DNA of 64,000 nucleotides from Chiloscyllium plagiosum (lineage: Eukaryota), in contig NC_057719.1 of assembly GCF_004010195.1 (NCBI RefSeq), positions 19,214,684-19,278,683 of the forward strand, in the 5' to 3' direction. The first letter of the stretch is position 1; every line of letters begins with the position of its first letter. The position numbers and the translations under genes were made by a program. Under the pieces are notes generated by a model. That model had not been told where the DNA came from. It ran no database searches and saw only the letters and a program-made list of their open reading frames with translations. Positions 13,336 to 26,439 of this stretch are shown here, one piece after another.

Positions 13336-13394
13336 CTGGCTTATTTTTGCAAGGAAAGCATTTCTCTATTAAACCTGGAATGTCTCCTTTGTAT
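13336..13394 (-). CDS. VRK1: VRK1 coding exon 9 (59 nt): (K)YKGDIPGLIEKCFPCKNKP
   Basis: tattag / GTATGA; KCFPxKNKP matches VRK1; phase 2 to 1. Confidence 0.92.
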
Positions 13395-14123
13395 CTAATA
13401 TAGGAAATTAAAATATATATATATTAAATAAAATTTCAATTTATGTTCACAGTACTACCTCTTTCAAGACATGAGGAACAGTCCCAAATCAGAAATTAAG
13501 ATGAAGTGCAGGATGACATTTGCAATTCCATGATTTTGGAAAATGGAGAATAATCCTCAGTGTTCAAGCTTTACATGATCAAAATGCATCAGTTCTTTAT
13601 CACTCATAGAAAAGTCACAGTAGTCATCACCTTTAAGGCATGAAGGAAGGAAAACTTTGACTAGTCACTCATTACAATAAAATCTGAATTGCCTCTACAA
13701 TAAATTTGAACACCAGGTTATATCCCTTTATTTACCAGCCAATTTATATATCACTTTATACCAATTTAAATTGGTACAATCCCTTTAACAAAGCAAACTG
13801 CCTCAATCTGGATAGAAATAAATAGGCGAGGTGCAAGAGGCCAAAGTGCTATCAAGAGGATTTCAGATTGGGTAGATGCATAGAAATGTCAATACGAGAA
13901 ACAGATTGGGTCATTGTGCTCATGTGGTCCTTGGCTACAGTAATCTGTAATGCCTATTCGGAGCATTCAAACCAAGCCTGTTTTATGGTGATCTGATTGT
14001 GACATTAACTTAAATTTCCTGTCTGTTCCCATAATTTTTGAATGAGTTAGATTTTGCATTGTCAGGACAATCTTGATTATGTCGAATTCCTAATTCTTTC
14101 ACTATTTTTTATCTCCTCCTCTT

Positions 14124-14196
14124 AAGTTCAAGATGGCATTCATTCGATTCTTGAATTTTCCATCTCTGACATAGTTGGAATCCTTAAGATTATCCT
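14124..14196 (-). repeat. Partial duplicate of the 3' end of VRK1 exon 14394-14514 plus adjacent intron
   Basis: Aligns by eye to 14363-14439 with a 4-nt deletion at the donor. Confidence 0.85.
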
Positions 14197-14393
14197 ATTA
14201 CACTAACTGCTAGGAGCAATTACACTAATGGAGTACTGTAGATGTACAGAACAACAACAGTGGAGCAGGTAATTTAAATATAGTAGGGTACAGTGAAAAG
14301 AGTCACTCCATTACCACAGGAAAGATAAAGCCAAGTTAATGCTTATGGAGAACTGCATAAGCAAGTTAAAGATGGAATCCAACAAATTCTTAC

Positions 14394-14514
14394 TTGATTT
14401 TTTCATCTCTGACATAGTTGGCATCCTTAAGATTATCCTCCCAGGGAAGTCTCCCACTGAGCCACTGCAACATGCAATATCCCAAGATTTCAAGGTCACC
14501 ACGTCTGGAAGCAG
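14394..14514 (-). CDS. VRK1: VRK1 coding exon 8 (121 nt): (A)[39 protein letters not shown]
   Basis: CK1-group SRRGDLE and LPW motifs; ctttag / GTAAGA; phase 1 to 2. Confidence 0.95.
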
Positions 14515-15177
14515 CTAAAGGTGAACACATTGTTCAATAACATGTAAATGGAGACAACTGAAATATTGAGCAAAAAAGTCTTTCAATTCATACGAAAAAA
14601 ATCAACATCCCTTCAGTGAACAAGGATGTCAAATGTTATTTTACTAGTTCACTGGAAGTGAAATTTGCATTTAAATACAACATAGCTAATAAGTTAATTG
14701 AATTTTCATTAAACTTAACTGCGAAGGGACAGTTTGAGTAGTTGAAACAGCTAGTGCTGTTCGTAAATTGTTAGGGCAAGCCACAGATGTAAGGCTTGCT
14801 ATTAAGAGATGCTAACTGAGGTGATGCATTAAAGCAAAATGATTGGGCCGCTGGTTCAGGGTGTGAAGGGAGATTCTGATTTGGAACAAAAAGCTGCAGA
14901 ATGATGTAAAATTATGTTGAAATTACAATAGAGTAATGATATTTAGCAGTGTAGTACAATGTTGTAAATATTAATAAAAACATACTAAAAATGAGGGCAT
15001 AATGTGATCTATACCGCATTATAGTTGCATGGAATCACCAGATTCCAACATAAAATTCATGATATTATTAACTTAATGCAATCAGTGCTAAACAATAAGG
15101 AGAGAGAGAGAAAGATACTTGGCTTAGTTTGGCATCATTAGAGAACCAGGCTTTTGCTGAGTCACACACAAAAACAT

Positions 15178-15390
15178 GGGCGGTACGGTGGCACAGTGTC
15201 TCAGGCAACTGTGGAGTTTGCACATTCTACCCGGGTCTGCATGGGTTTCCTCCGGGCACTCCGGTGAATTGGCCATGCTAAATTGCCTGTAGTGTTAGGT
15301 GGGAATGGGTCTGGGTGGGTTGCTCTTCAGAGGGTCGGTATGGACTTGTTGGGCCGAAGGGCCTGTTTCCACGCTAAGTAATCTAATCTA
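15178..15390 (+). mobile_element. HE1/V-SINE-like tRNA-derived SINE with internal deletions
   Basis: Same family as 29761-30076; (TAATC)n tail. Confidence 0.85.
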
Positions 15391-15615
15391 AAAAAAAACT
15401 GCTACAAAATAAATGAAGTCATTTTTAGCACATTCGAATTGCTTGACCTTCATCATAGAAATGTTTCAGTTGGTGACGACTGCTTTTATTGTCATAATAT
15501 TAAGCATGTGAAGAAATAACCAATCACTGAGTTTGCAATCTGGAGCTATCCTCAATCCTTGACTCAAAATTAAAAGGTATTGACACATTTGCATTGATCT
15601 CCTGAAAAACCCAGA

Positions 15616-15778
15616 CTATGATAAAATAACTCAAATTATATAGAGATTCTGATTCTGATTCTCACCATACACATCGAGGGCCCAAGGGCCTGTACTGCGC
15701 TGTATTCTTCTATGTTCTATGTTCTATGATAAAATAACTCAAATTATATAGAGATTCTGATTCTGATTCTCACCATAC
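15616..15778 (+). mobile_element. 53-bp CR1 3' end (15671-15723) between two identical 55-bp direct repeats
   Basis: 15616-15670 equals 15724-15778. The insert acatcgagggcccaagggcctgtactgcgctgta...ttctatgtt matches the reverse complement of the CR1 ends at ~2290-2330 and ~45505-45545. Confidence 0.9.
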
Positions 15779-17239
15779 TGAATTACTGGATTAATACAAA
15801 AATGTTTCGAACAAGAAAATTACATTTTGTAGGAAGTGTTTGTATTTTTAAAACCACTGGTTCTACTGTCAGAATAAAGGTGGTGAATATCCTGGAGATG
15901 TTCACAAATATGATAAATTACTAAACAAAAAGATGATTACAGATGCTAGAAATAAAAAAATTGGAGAAACTCAGCAGGTCTGACAGCATCTACGGAGAGA
16001 AAGCAGAGTTAATGTTTTGAATCCAGTGACCCCTTGTTCGAGCAAATTTCTGTTTTTGTTATAAATTACTGTTTACTAATTTCAAGAAGCAGCTTAAACT
16101 TTACATGCCCTTCAAAATTAAAAACATTGCAAATCTTGCTCACTATCTAGCAGGCAAAGAGCACTACTTCCTCCAGAAGGGTTACAACTTGCATATTTTC
16201 AAATAAGATTCATAAAGTGCAGAGTTCCCTTCAAATTCAGAGACTTGGATAATAAGGACATTCATATGTACAACTATGGAAGACAGCACAGAGAAGTACA
16301 ATGGCTACCAACACTTACTAAATAGTTTGAGTGACTATGATAATATACTTAAATTAATATCTAGTATCACTAACACTTTGGGTAACATTTCAGTAGAAGT
16401 TAATTAGTTGGTAGGAGGTCAGTTGTCTCCTGGTTGCTATGAAATCAATGTATGGAAAGGGTCGACAATCGTCAAAATGGAGTAGGTTTTCAGTTCTTTG
16501 ATCCTATTTTACAAATAATCTTGACTGAAGTCAATTTCATCCAGATCATTTTGCTTCTAAAAAATTATTGTAGTCTACACTGCTTCTGCTTCAATAGTTG
16601 AGTGTCCATTGGTCAATTTGAAAATATATACGCTTGTTCTTTCAATTAATTAGCAGATTAGTGAAAGGAGATACAGCAGGTTTAACTCTTCAGAAGAATG
16701 CAGGATTTCAAAATGAGAAGTAAACAATATAGGATTTTATCTGATGAACTTTATTATCCAATGCCACATTTGTAGGATCTAGGCTATGCTTAAAATACAT
16801 TTCATATACTTTGTAAAGTGCATGAAAAGAATACCAGATTATCCACAACTCCACATGGTTAAACTGACCAAAGAAATTTTCCAATCCATACAAAGACATG
16901 GATAATTTGTGTCTGTTCCGGATAAAGGTTATAGTTTAATGTGATAAAGTGTTTAGTTAACTTTCTCACTGATGATTAGAATCAAACCTTGCATGATAAT
17001 ATTAAAGACTGTTACCAAGCTGCAGTGATAGGCCAATTATTAATAAGCAGAATGTCATGTGAATGAGATTATCTGGAGATAAATGGCAAGTTAGTTAAGG
17101 GTCACTCAGCCTCTGGTGGAAGGTCATTCTAACAGCTGACTACATTCATTAAAGTGCCATTTACTCTCACTGTGCAATTCACACTGCATATTACAAATTA
17201 TTCTACTACTTGACTCAAGATAAATGCACACCTGATCCA

Positions 17240-17655
17240 AGCAATCAATTTTAATATTTCCTATTCAGTCCTGGAGTATGCACAATTCTACAAAAATATT
17301 CCAAGTTCAAATACAATATTATCAATTTGTTACTTTAACATGTCCAATGTAGTATTCACAATTTATCAAATTTCACAAATTATCTGCAGTTTAATTTAGT
17401 TTTCCTTATATGGTAACTGGTTTAAAAAAGTATTGAAATTTACAACAGCAATCAATTTTAATATTTCCTATTCAGTCCTGGAGTATGCACAATTCTACAA
17501 AAATATTCCAAGTTCAAATACAATATTATCAATTTGTTACTTTAACATGTCCAACGTAGTATTCACAATTTATCAAATTTCACAAATTATCTGCAGTTTA
17601 ATTTAGTTTTCCCTATATGGTAACTGGTTAAAAAAAGTATTGAAATTTACAACAG
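17240..17655. repeat. Tandem duplication, 207-bp unit x2
   Basis: Units start at 17240 and 17447; three differences seen by eye. Confidence 0.95.
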
Positions 17656-20600
17656 TACTTAGCTTTAAATTGAAAAAATAATATGTCACAATTTTAATCT
17701 CTTGAAATCAGTATTGAAGAATTATAAATTTGAATAGAACAGTCAGCAAGGACAAATAAATATAAAGCAAACCAACCAAATACAATAGTTCCAGCAGATT
17801 TCATGGATCTAAAAAAAAAGTGCATAATAAGCAGTATGGACATTAAAATCATATCTTGTCTAGCACAAGCAGCCACAATTCCAGTCTTGTCCAGACCAGA
17901 ACAAGCCAAAAACAGAACACATGGCAGCCAATTTTAGGATTTAACAGGATGTTGCAGTTGGGACTTTTTCCTAACACTTTGTCTGATGTTCACAGCCAGA
18001 CTGTTCCAAAGCAGCCAGAGTCCCTTATGAACCCAAAGAAGTTTGCCAATATAAAGAAAGATAATTCTGCAAGATGTGTTATTCAAGTTGAAAAGGTTTT
18101 TTTCTTAAATCTTGCACGTTCTGAATATAAAGGGAACACCTTTCTGCTCTGGCTCTTCAGCAAGGCCAAACAATTTATTAAACCTCAAATCCTTGTCAAG
18201 GGATTGTCATGGAATGCATCATTTAACATATTCAAATTGGAACCCTTAATTTTTTTTTATTTAAAAGCTTAAATACCACATCAATTAAGATTAAACAGAT
18301 TCTAACTTAATCTTTTAAGAATGGAACTGGGATCCACAATCATATAACAATATGTTCTAAGTGGAATCTTTTTAACCATATGGAGATAAAATGGTAGCCC
18401 AATTAGCATGATTTAAAAAAGACATGATAGTCATCTACAAACTTCAGTAATTATTTTAATAGTTACAGGTGTTTTCTTCAAGTGCTGTGCCTCCTTACTT
18501 TTGATATCAATGCAATACAACAACCACTTGTATTAAACACTGTCTTTAACATAATAAATTATGAAAGGCATATTTAACTTCAATTCATTTTTAAAAACTG
18601 ACATCCTGCCATTAGGAGATATTTGACCAAACACTCTGTCAAACAGGTAGGTTCTAAGAGTGCTTTGAACAAGAAAAGCCAGAGGTTTTGAGAGAGACTT
18701 CCCAAGTTCACAACTTTGGTATCTGAAGATACAGTAGGAGGTGTAATAAAAATTAGAGATGTTCAAGAGGAAAATAAAATGAACACATTTTGCAGAATTG
18801 TATGATTGAAGAAGATTACATGGATCTTGATCAGCAAGGCCATTGAAGATCCAAATGCAAGCACTGGAATTTCAATAGATATTAGTTAAGCAGGAGCCCA
18901 AGTAGGTCAGACAGAAATGGAACTTGGTGAGAGTTAAGATTCAGGAAAAGTTATGGACAGTAGAATATGAGAGACTGGCTGGGAGTGTAAATATGGATGT
19001 AACAAAAGGATGAATGAGGGCTTCAATAGCAAAGGAGCTGAAGCAATGTATAGAAGTGGAAACAAGGGCCTCTGGTGATAGCTTGGAGAGACGGTTAGAT
19101 GCTCATTTCTGGGACAGAAATAGCATAAGTGTTGCCAATTGTCTTGATCTTTCTTAGGCAGTTGCCAAAAAGAATTATGGAGCCATTGGCGAGGGATTAA
19201 GGTTCAAGTTGGGACCAAAGACAATAGTTTAAATGTTCTCAAATTTCAATTGGTAATAGGATGGCAAGCAAGTAGTCAGATAATTTGCAAACAGCAGAGT
19301 GGTCAAGAGAAGTAATGTTAAGGTAAGCTACTGGTTAATTAAACCAGAGACTTAATTAAACAACTCAAAGGAGAAGAAAATTCCACAGCTATGAACATTT
19401 TTAATGATGGCAGAAACATGGCACATCAGAGCAAAGGATAATGCTGATTCATTTGCATCAATTTTCTGCCAAAAGTATTGAGTGGATGATCCATCTCTGC
19501 CTCCTCCAGATGCCCTTCTCCAACCAACATATTTCCTTTCATCTGATATCAAGGAACAGCTGAAGACAAAGGATTCACAAAAGCAAAGAGTCCTGACAAC
19601 ATATGCATATATGAATTGGGAGCATAAGTAATTTATTTAATACCTTGGAAATGCTCCACAATAAATAACGTCATGGTTGACTTGATTAATCCATATTGCT
19701 GGCTACTCCAATGACTTCTTAATTCTATTTTTGACCTCAACCCCATTCTCACCTGAGAAAATATTCCAAGACTGCTTTCATCACCTTGTGTGGAAGTGTG
19801 CTCCAAACAGAGGATGTTTGGCATGCATAAATTTCAAACAGACACTGTTTTTAAACATTGGCCTCCACTTCTAAATTCTCTCAAGAGTAAGTATCCTTTC
19901 CTCATGCACCGGTCAAGACTTCCAGATACGTTGTAATGAAGTCACCTTGTACTTCTCCAAACTGCAGTAGATACAAATGTAGCCCGTCCAACCTACCCTC
20001 ATAAGACAACTTGCCTACTCCAGGTATTCATCTAATAAATCTTTTCTGAAATGTTTCCAAAGCAATTACAACTTTCCTTATACAAGCACACCAATACTGT
20101 ACATACTTCAGACATGGTTCACTAATATCCTCTACAGCCGAAGTACAACCTCCCTACTTAGATATTCAATTATCCTTGTAATAAACTAACCATTATTCTC
20201 GATTTCCCAATTATTTGCTGTTCTCAACATTGATTCCTGAGACACACTATTTGTTATATCTAACTAGAAAAGGACCCATTTATGCCTATTTCTTTCAGCT
20301 AGCCAATTTTTTATCCATGGCAACATATTATCCCCAACACCGTGAACTCTTATTCTCTGCAATAAACTTTGATGTGGTATTTCATCAAAACCTTCTGGTA
20401 CATGCTGGCAATAGTGCTGAAGATTTATGCTCCAGAACTACATGCTTCCCTAGCTAAACTGATCCAGTACAGCTACAAAATCAAAAGAATGCAGTTTAGA
20501 AATAAAAGTGGTTTAAGTGTAAATGCTTGACTTTTTTTAAAGAGGCGATACGTTGGATGGGGATGAAAAGTCACTGCAGCTGATTTTCTGACTGCCCAAA

Positions 20601-20894
20601 GAATGAAACTACACAAGAGCCCATCCAGCTACTGCAGGAATATAGATTGTTCATTCATGAAGGCGGCTAAAAAAAATGGCAAGGATGGGAAGAGATAATT
20701 CACTGCTATCACAATCACGCAAATAATAACTTGCAACTGTCAGGCAACATCTAATTGCACAGATGCAAACATGGATTTCCAGACAAAATAAGCCTGGATT
20801 TAAAATCTGACAAAAGAACAGAAGACCCGAGAGTAGCAATTCAGCCCAACAGGCCTCCCCTACCAGTTGATACGATCATGGCTGATCTCAGCTT

Positions 20895-21797
20895 CGCAAA
20901 AGTGAGGACTGCAGATGCTGGAGATCAGAGTTGAGAGTGTGGTGTTGGAAAAGCACAGCAGGTCTGGCAGCATCCAAGGAGCAAGAGAATCAACGTTTCA
21001 GGCATAAGCCCTTCATCAGGAATTGCGCTGAGAGAAAAAATGGGAGGGGGGGGTGGGGGAGGAGGCTGGGAAAGTGATAGGTGGATGAAGGTGAGGGAGA
21101 AAGTGATAGGTCAGAGGGGGCAGTGATGGACATTCCAGAGGGTGGTGCCGAGGCTTGGAACTGAGATAATGTGGAGGGAGGGGAAATGAGGAAGCTGTTG
21201 AAATCCACATTTGTGTGTGTGGTTGCAGGGTCCCAAGGCGGAATGAGGTGTTCAACCACAGGGCGGTGGGCTTGGTGGGTGCGGGTGTCCCAGAGATGTT
21301 CTCTGAAATGATCCGCAAGGCGGCGTCCTGTCTCCCCAATGTAGAGGAGACCACACCGGATGCAAGGGTTGAACACTTCAACTCCCCTGCCCACTCTGTC
21401 AAGGACATGAAGGTCCTGGGCCTCCTCCACCGCCAAACCGTTACCACCTGACACCTGGAGGAGGAACACCTCATTCCGCCTTGGGACCCTGCAACCACAG
21501 AGATAAATGTGGATTTCAACAGCTTCGTCATTTCCCCTCCCTCCACATTATCCCAGTTCCAAGCCTCCAATTCGGCACCACCCTCTGGAATGTCCATCAC
21601 TGCCCCCTCTGACCTATCACCTTCTCCCTCACCTTCATCCACATATCACTTTCCCAGCTACCTCCCCACCACACCCCTCCCATTTTTTCTCTCAGCGCAA
21701 TTGCTGATGAAGGGCTTATGCCTGAAAGATCGATTCACCTGCTCCTCGGATGCTGCCTGACCTGCTGTGCTTTTCCAGCACCACACTCTCGACTCTA
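20895..21797. mobile_element. Penelope-like element with inverted pLTR arms and a GIY-YIG endonuclease remnant
   Basis: ORF 20990..21469 contains CIRCGLLYIGETGRRLADHFREHL. Arms ~20925-21246 and ~21470-21800 are reverse complements. Flanking ATCTCAGCTT at 20885-20894 and 21798-21807. Confidence 0.9.
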
Positions 21798-21958
21798 ATC
21801 TCAGCTTGGTCTCAGCTCCACTTTTTTGTCTGCTTTTTATACCGTTTCGACCCATTATTCATTAAAAATCTGTCTGTCTATCTCCTCCTTCCATTTACTC
21901 AATGTCTTGCATCTACCACATTCTAGGTAGTGAATTCCACAGATTCATGACTGTTCAA

Positions 21959-22280
21959 TAGATTAGATTCCCTACAGTATGGAAACAGATCATTTGGCCC
22001 AACAAGTCCATACTGACCCTCCGAAGAGTAACCCCCCAGACCCATTCCTCTTCCCTAGATTTACCCCTGACTAATGCGCTTAACACAATGGGCAAATTAA
22101 CATGGCCAATTCACCTGACCTGCACATCTTTGAATTGTAAGAGGAAACTGGAGCACCTGAGGAAACCCACGCAGACACAGGGAGAATGTGCAAACTCCAC
22201 ACAGTCGACTGAGATGGGAATCGAACCAGAGTCCTTGGTGCTATGAGGCAACAGTGTACCCACTGAGCCGCTGTGCCACC
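21959..22280 (-). mobile_element. HE1/V-SINE-like SINE
   Basis: Reverse complement of the 29761-30076 family. Confidence 0.88.
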
Positions 22281-23508
22281 TGAAGTAGTTTCTGCTCATC
22301 TGATTTAAATCTGCAATCCCTTAGCTTAAAACTATGACCCACCTCTATCGCTAGATGTGGAAATATCCTCTTGATGTCTCCTTTGTCAATCCCCTTTAGC
22401 ATCTTACATACCTCAATTAGATTTCTTTTTCTTCTTCTGAAGTCCAGAGAACATCAGGCTAAACTGCTCAATCGCTCTTAAGATAAACCCCTCACTTCTG
22501 GAATCAATCTTCCTCTGAACTGTTTCCAATGCAACTACATTCCTCATGTTTATATACCAATATTGAATGTAATAATCCAGGTACAGTTTCAGTAATACCT
22601 TGTGTAATCTCAGCAACACTTCTCTACAGTTCTCTTCAGTTAGTGATGAATGTCAGAATTTAATTTCCCTTCCTTATTACCTGCCGTACCTGCACACTAG
22701 TTTTCTATGATTCATGCACAAAGCCACCCAGATCTCTGTACCAAAGCATTCTGAAGTTTCTCTCCATTTAGATAATACGTTGCCTTGCTATTCCTCTGAG
22801 CAAAATGGAAAACCTCACTTATACATGTTAAGTCTCATCTGTCAATTTTTGGCCTATTGACCTAACCCACCCATATCAGTTTGTAAATTTATTTCATTGC
22901 AACTTACCTCCCCACCTATTTTAGTGTGATGTGCAAATCTGGCTTGTAGTCCTTATGATCCTAGTATCCAAATCATCAACAGATTGTAAACATATAAGGT
23001 CATGAAGAGCTAAACTTGTGGTAATTGTTTCTTCTTGCCAACCAGAAAAAAAAGTGACAATGTACTAGAGAGAGAGAGAGAGATGCTGGGAATGGAGCAA
23101 TAGTTTGCAAGGAAGATAGCATCAATGGTTGATTCTCTGGGGAGAGAGGTATTAACAACTGATCTGAAAGAAGGAAGCACGATTCAATGAAAGAGTGTAC
23201 TAAACATTATTAATTAACATGAGAACTAGGAAGGGAGTTAGTAGTTAATAGTTCAATAGAAATAAGGTGGAGAAAACAAAATAAAAAGAGATGGACCTTA
23301 CAACAAGACTATCTTCAAGCAAGCATGGGACATGAACTATGAAACTGTGTGGGGCAGGACTAGGGTGGATAAAAAAAACAACTAACTTTAATAAATGGTG
23401 GGCTCTGGAAATGCCATACTTCATTGAAATGGGCAGACAGCAATCACAGAAAATACATGAGACAACCCTACAAAGCAAAATGAGAGATACCCAAAACAGT
23501 ACAGATAT

Positions 23509-23810
23509 GGGCGGCACGGAGGCACAGTGGTTAGCACTGCTGCCTCACAGCGCCAGAGACCCGGGTTCAATTCCTGCCTCAGGCAACTGTCTGTATGGAG
23601 TTTACACATTCTCCCAGTGTCAGCGTGGGTACTGGTTTCCTCCCACAGTCCAAAAAATGTGCAGGTTAGGTGAATTGGCCATGCTAAATTGTCTGTGGTG
23701 TTAAGTGAATGGGGTAAATGTAGGAGAATGGGTCTGGGTGGGTTGCTCTTCGGAGGGTCGGTGTGGACTTAAGGGCCTGTTTCCACACTGTCAGTAATCT
23801 AATCTAATCT
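23509..23810 (+). mobile_element. HE1/V-SINE-like SINE
   Basis: Box A-like (aggcacagtgg), box B (ggttcaattcc), V-domain-like core, (TAATC)n tail. Confidence 0.9.
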
Positions 23811-24084
23811 CAAGTCAGTGACAGAAGACAACCATCTAATAAACAACCTCACATAACTGGTCCATAACTTTCAAGAAGCAAAGAGATGATGCCTCCTCTA
23901 GAGAAATCAAGTAATGTGACAACTCAAACAAGGGAATTATCAAATCCCAGTTAGTTCCATTGCAGAACAATTTGGAATAAATAAGCCGTAACCAGATGAG
24001 TACTGGTAGCTCAGTACATGCTTCTGAATGAGCACGATGGTCCACACATAATTAAATACATTCTCAAAACTTGTTCACACATAC

Positions 24085-24217
24085 CTGCTCCTTTATGTGC
24101 ATCAATACTTGTAAACTCAAGAGTACCATCATGGCAACGCTTTGGATCTTCTTTGTATTCTTTGTGTACTCCTTCTGGACAGTATCTATATGCAAGGCCA
24201 TAATCAACTAAATATAC
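24085..24217 (-). CDS. VRK1: VRK1 coding exon 7 (133 nt): [44 protein letters not shown], activation segment
   Basis: DYG (the VRK variant of DFG) and [10 protein letters not shown] (VRK1-type); cttag / GTATGT; phase 0 to 1. Confidence 0.96.
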
Positions 24218-26346
24218 CTAAGAAAGTTTAAATTACAAACAAAATCAGACTGGATACTGGACCATAAAATAGTCTAGCTAGATCACAAATCTTTGGGATC
24301 CCCAAGAAATCACTCTCAAGCTAACTAACTAAATAATGAAGTTTGGGGCAGAGTAGAGTCAGAGATATTAACAAGTTAAGACTTGATGAATAGTGATAGT
24401 TTAAAGAGAAAGTTATTTATTATTTTACCATATGTGAATATTCCGAGTATTTTATTTGCTTAAGTTCATTGCAATGGTTTCCTTTCTTTCCCATATATTC
24501 AAGTTATGAGCATGCCCAGGGCATATGCTGTAAGCATGACATTTAGTCACCTCCGTGACACAGTCATTCTTTACAAGTTCCTCTCAATGTACAACATAAT
24601 TATGTGTAGAGTGTGGACCAAAGTACAAATATATACGTATTAAACAGCAGTTAGGAACAAAAATAATCAAGTTCCCAGTAAATTAGCTGCTACGGTTGGC
24701 AAGGAATTTTGATGCTTTATGCAAAACCAGAGCTTGTTTCCTCAGTGAATGGGATACTGCATGGTGCTATTTTCCATTGATCCAACTGCTAGCTACACTG
24801 GTTTTGACACACAAACATATCAGCCCACCCACCCAATTTTCTCCACAGGACAGCAACAAGAAAACAACTCTACAAATTGAAAATGATCTTAAAATACATT
24901 AGATAATCACAGCTTCATAAATGTGATAACACCTTGAAGAAAGATTGAAAATGTCTCAAAAAGCAGAGTTAACTTTGTGACTTGTGACTGCTTACTAAAC
25001 ACCTCTGTTGTTTAATGTTACTACTAAGCTGTAGTAACATTAAACTTGCCTCAGGTAATAAAGAGTTTGCTGAACCAATACATTTAACTCCTGAAAAGCT
25101 TAAACTAGGTTAGTGCCTATGTAGACTATTTCAATGAACTAGAAGGAAGTGACTGACCTTCACCATTGGGATTAAAAAAATCCACTTTTGCCTGTACTTA
25201 CTGCTTTTTTTCTCAGTATCAACAGAAGTGTTTAAGTCCTGAAAATATCAATTTCCATAGGGATCAATGATCATTTCAGAATATAATAGTTTCCGTGGGT
25301 GTTACAGGTCAGTGAAGGAGGAAACAGGTAATTTCCCAATTTTGTTGGAACTTTTAAATCCTAGCCATATCCTGAGTTTGTTTTTTTTTGGGAAGAGTAA
25401 TTTTCATTCATAAGTGAATGAAACATTTTAGAAAAACATAAATGCATACTGAGTTATTTGGACTGAACAAAATTGCCTGTGGTACAACACAAATCTACTA
25501 AGTATAATAGTGTATTATTGAAATAATTGTGGGAGCTGTTAATATGTACTGCTTCCTTTTGCAAAGCGGCTACGCTACCTTAGGGGTGAAACAATGAATC
25601 AGATAATTCTTACAGCGGATGAATTTTACCCATTGAGCTCTAATCCGGAACATACAGATATGCATTCTTGCGTATTCAATTTTTTTTCTAGCATTCTTCC
25701 AGTTCTGGTAGGGGCTTCATGTACTTAGCTTGCACACAAAGATACAGACAAAAATGCTAAGTGACAAAATGTTTGAAGGCAGCTCCTTATCTACCCTGAT
25801 TAAAAAGAAGCTTCCAAACAAGATCACAGTTCCCTAGGGATCAGCAAAGTCCAAAGAGAGACTTTATTATAGTCCAGGTCAATAACTTACAGGAGACTTA
25901 AGCAGCATTCGATTGAATGACAGAAGGATAAATTAGTAAATTATCATTTTGATTTGCAGAAAGAATGAATGACCTTGCATATATTCAGCCCATTTATACA
26001 TCTAAAATATTGCATTGGTTCTGGATGTCCTGAGGTTGTCAATAACTTTTATAAACCAAAGGTGAGACAGTAATTTCCCCCTGACATCAAGGGAGCTCTA
26101 ATGCTCTGCCACTAACAATAACTAATAAAACCAAATTAGTTACCATCAAGAGATAATTCTTCAATGGCTGAACTAACACAACAACAGACCAATGTTCACT
26201 CTTAAACACAAAATAATTTTACGATTTGTTAGAAAATAACACAACATCTGGTAGTAAAGTTAGAAAAAAAAGGCTAACTTCCCTTTGTTTTTACATACTT
26301 CAAACAATTCATGATTGCACTAAATAATAAGCAAAACAAAAAGAAC

Positions 26347-26439
26347 CTCATTAGGATTCTTGTAACTGAGGAGAAGATTTGAAGCTTTGATGTCCCCATG
26401 CACGTACTCATGGTCATGGATGTATTCTAGAATGTCAAT
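26347..26439 (-). CDS. VRK1: VRK1 coding exon 6 (93 nt): [31 protein letters not shown], catalytic loop
   Basis: HGDIKASN catalytic loop; gatag acceptor; GT donor in a weak context (GTTCTT); phase 0 to 0. Confidence 0.95.

Noticed and set aside
15616..15778. CRISPR-like repeat-spacer-repeat pattern (also 36516-36739)
   Set aside because: Only two repeats each, in a vertebrate intron with no cas genes. The spacers are explained as a CR1 tail and a local templated copy.
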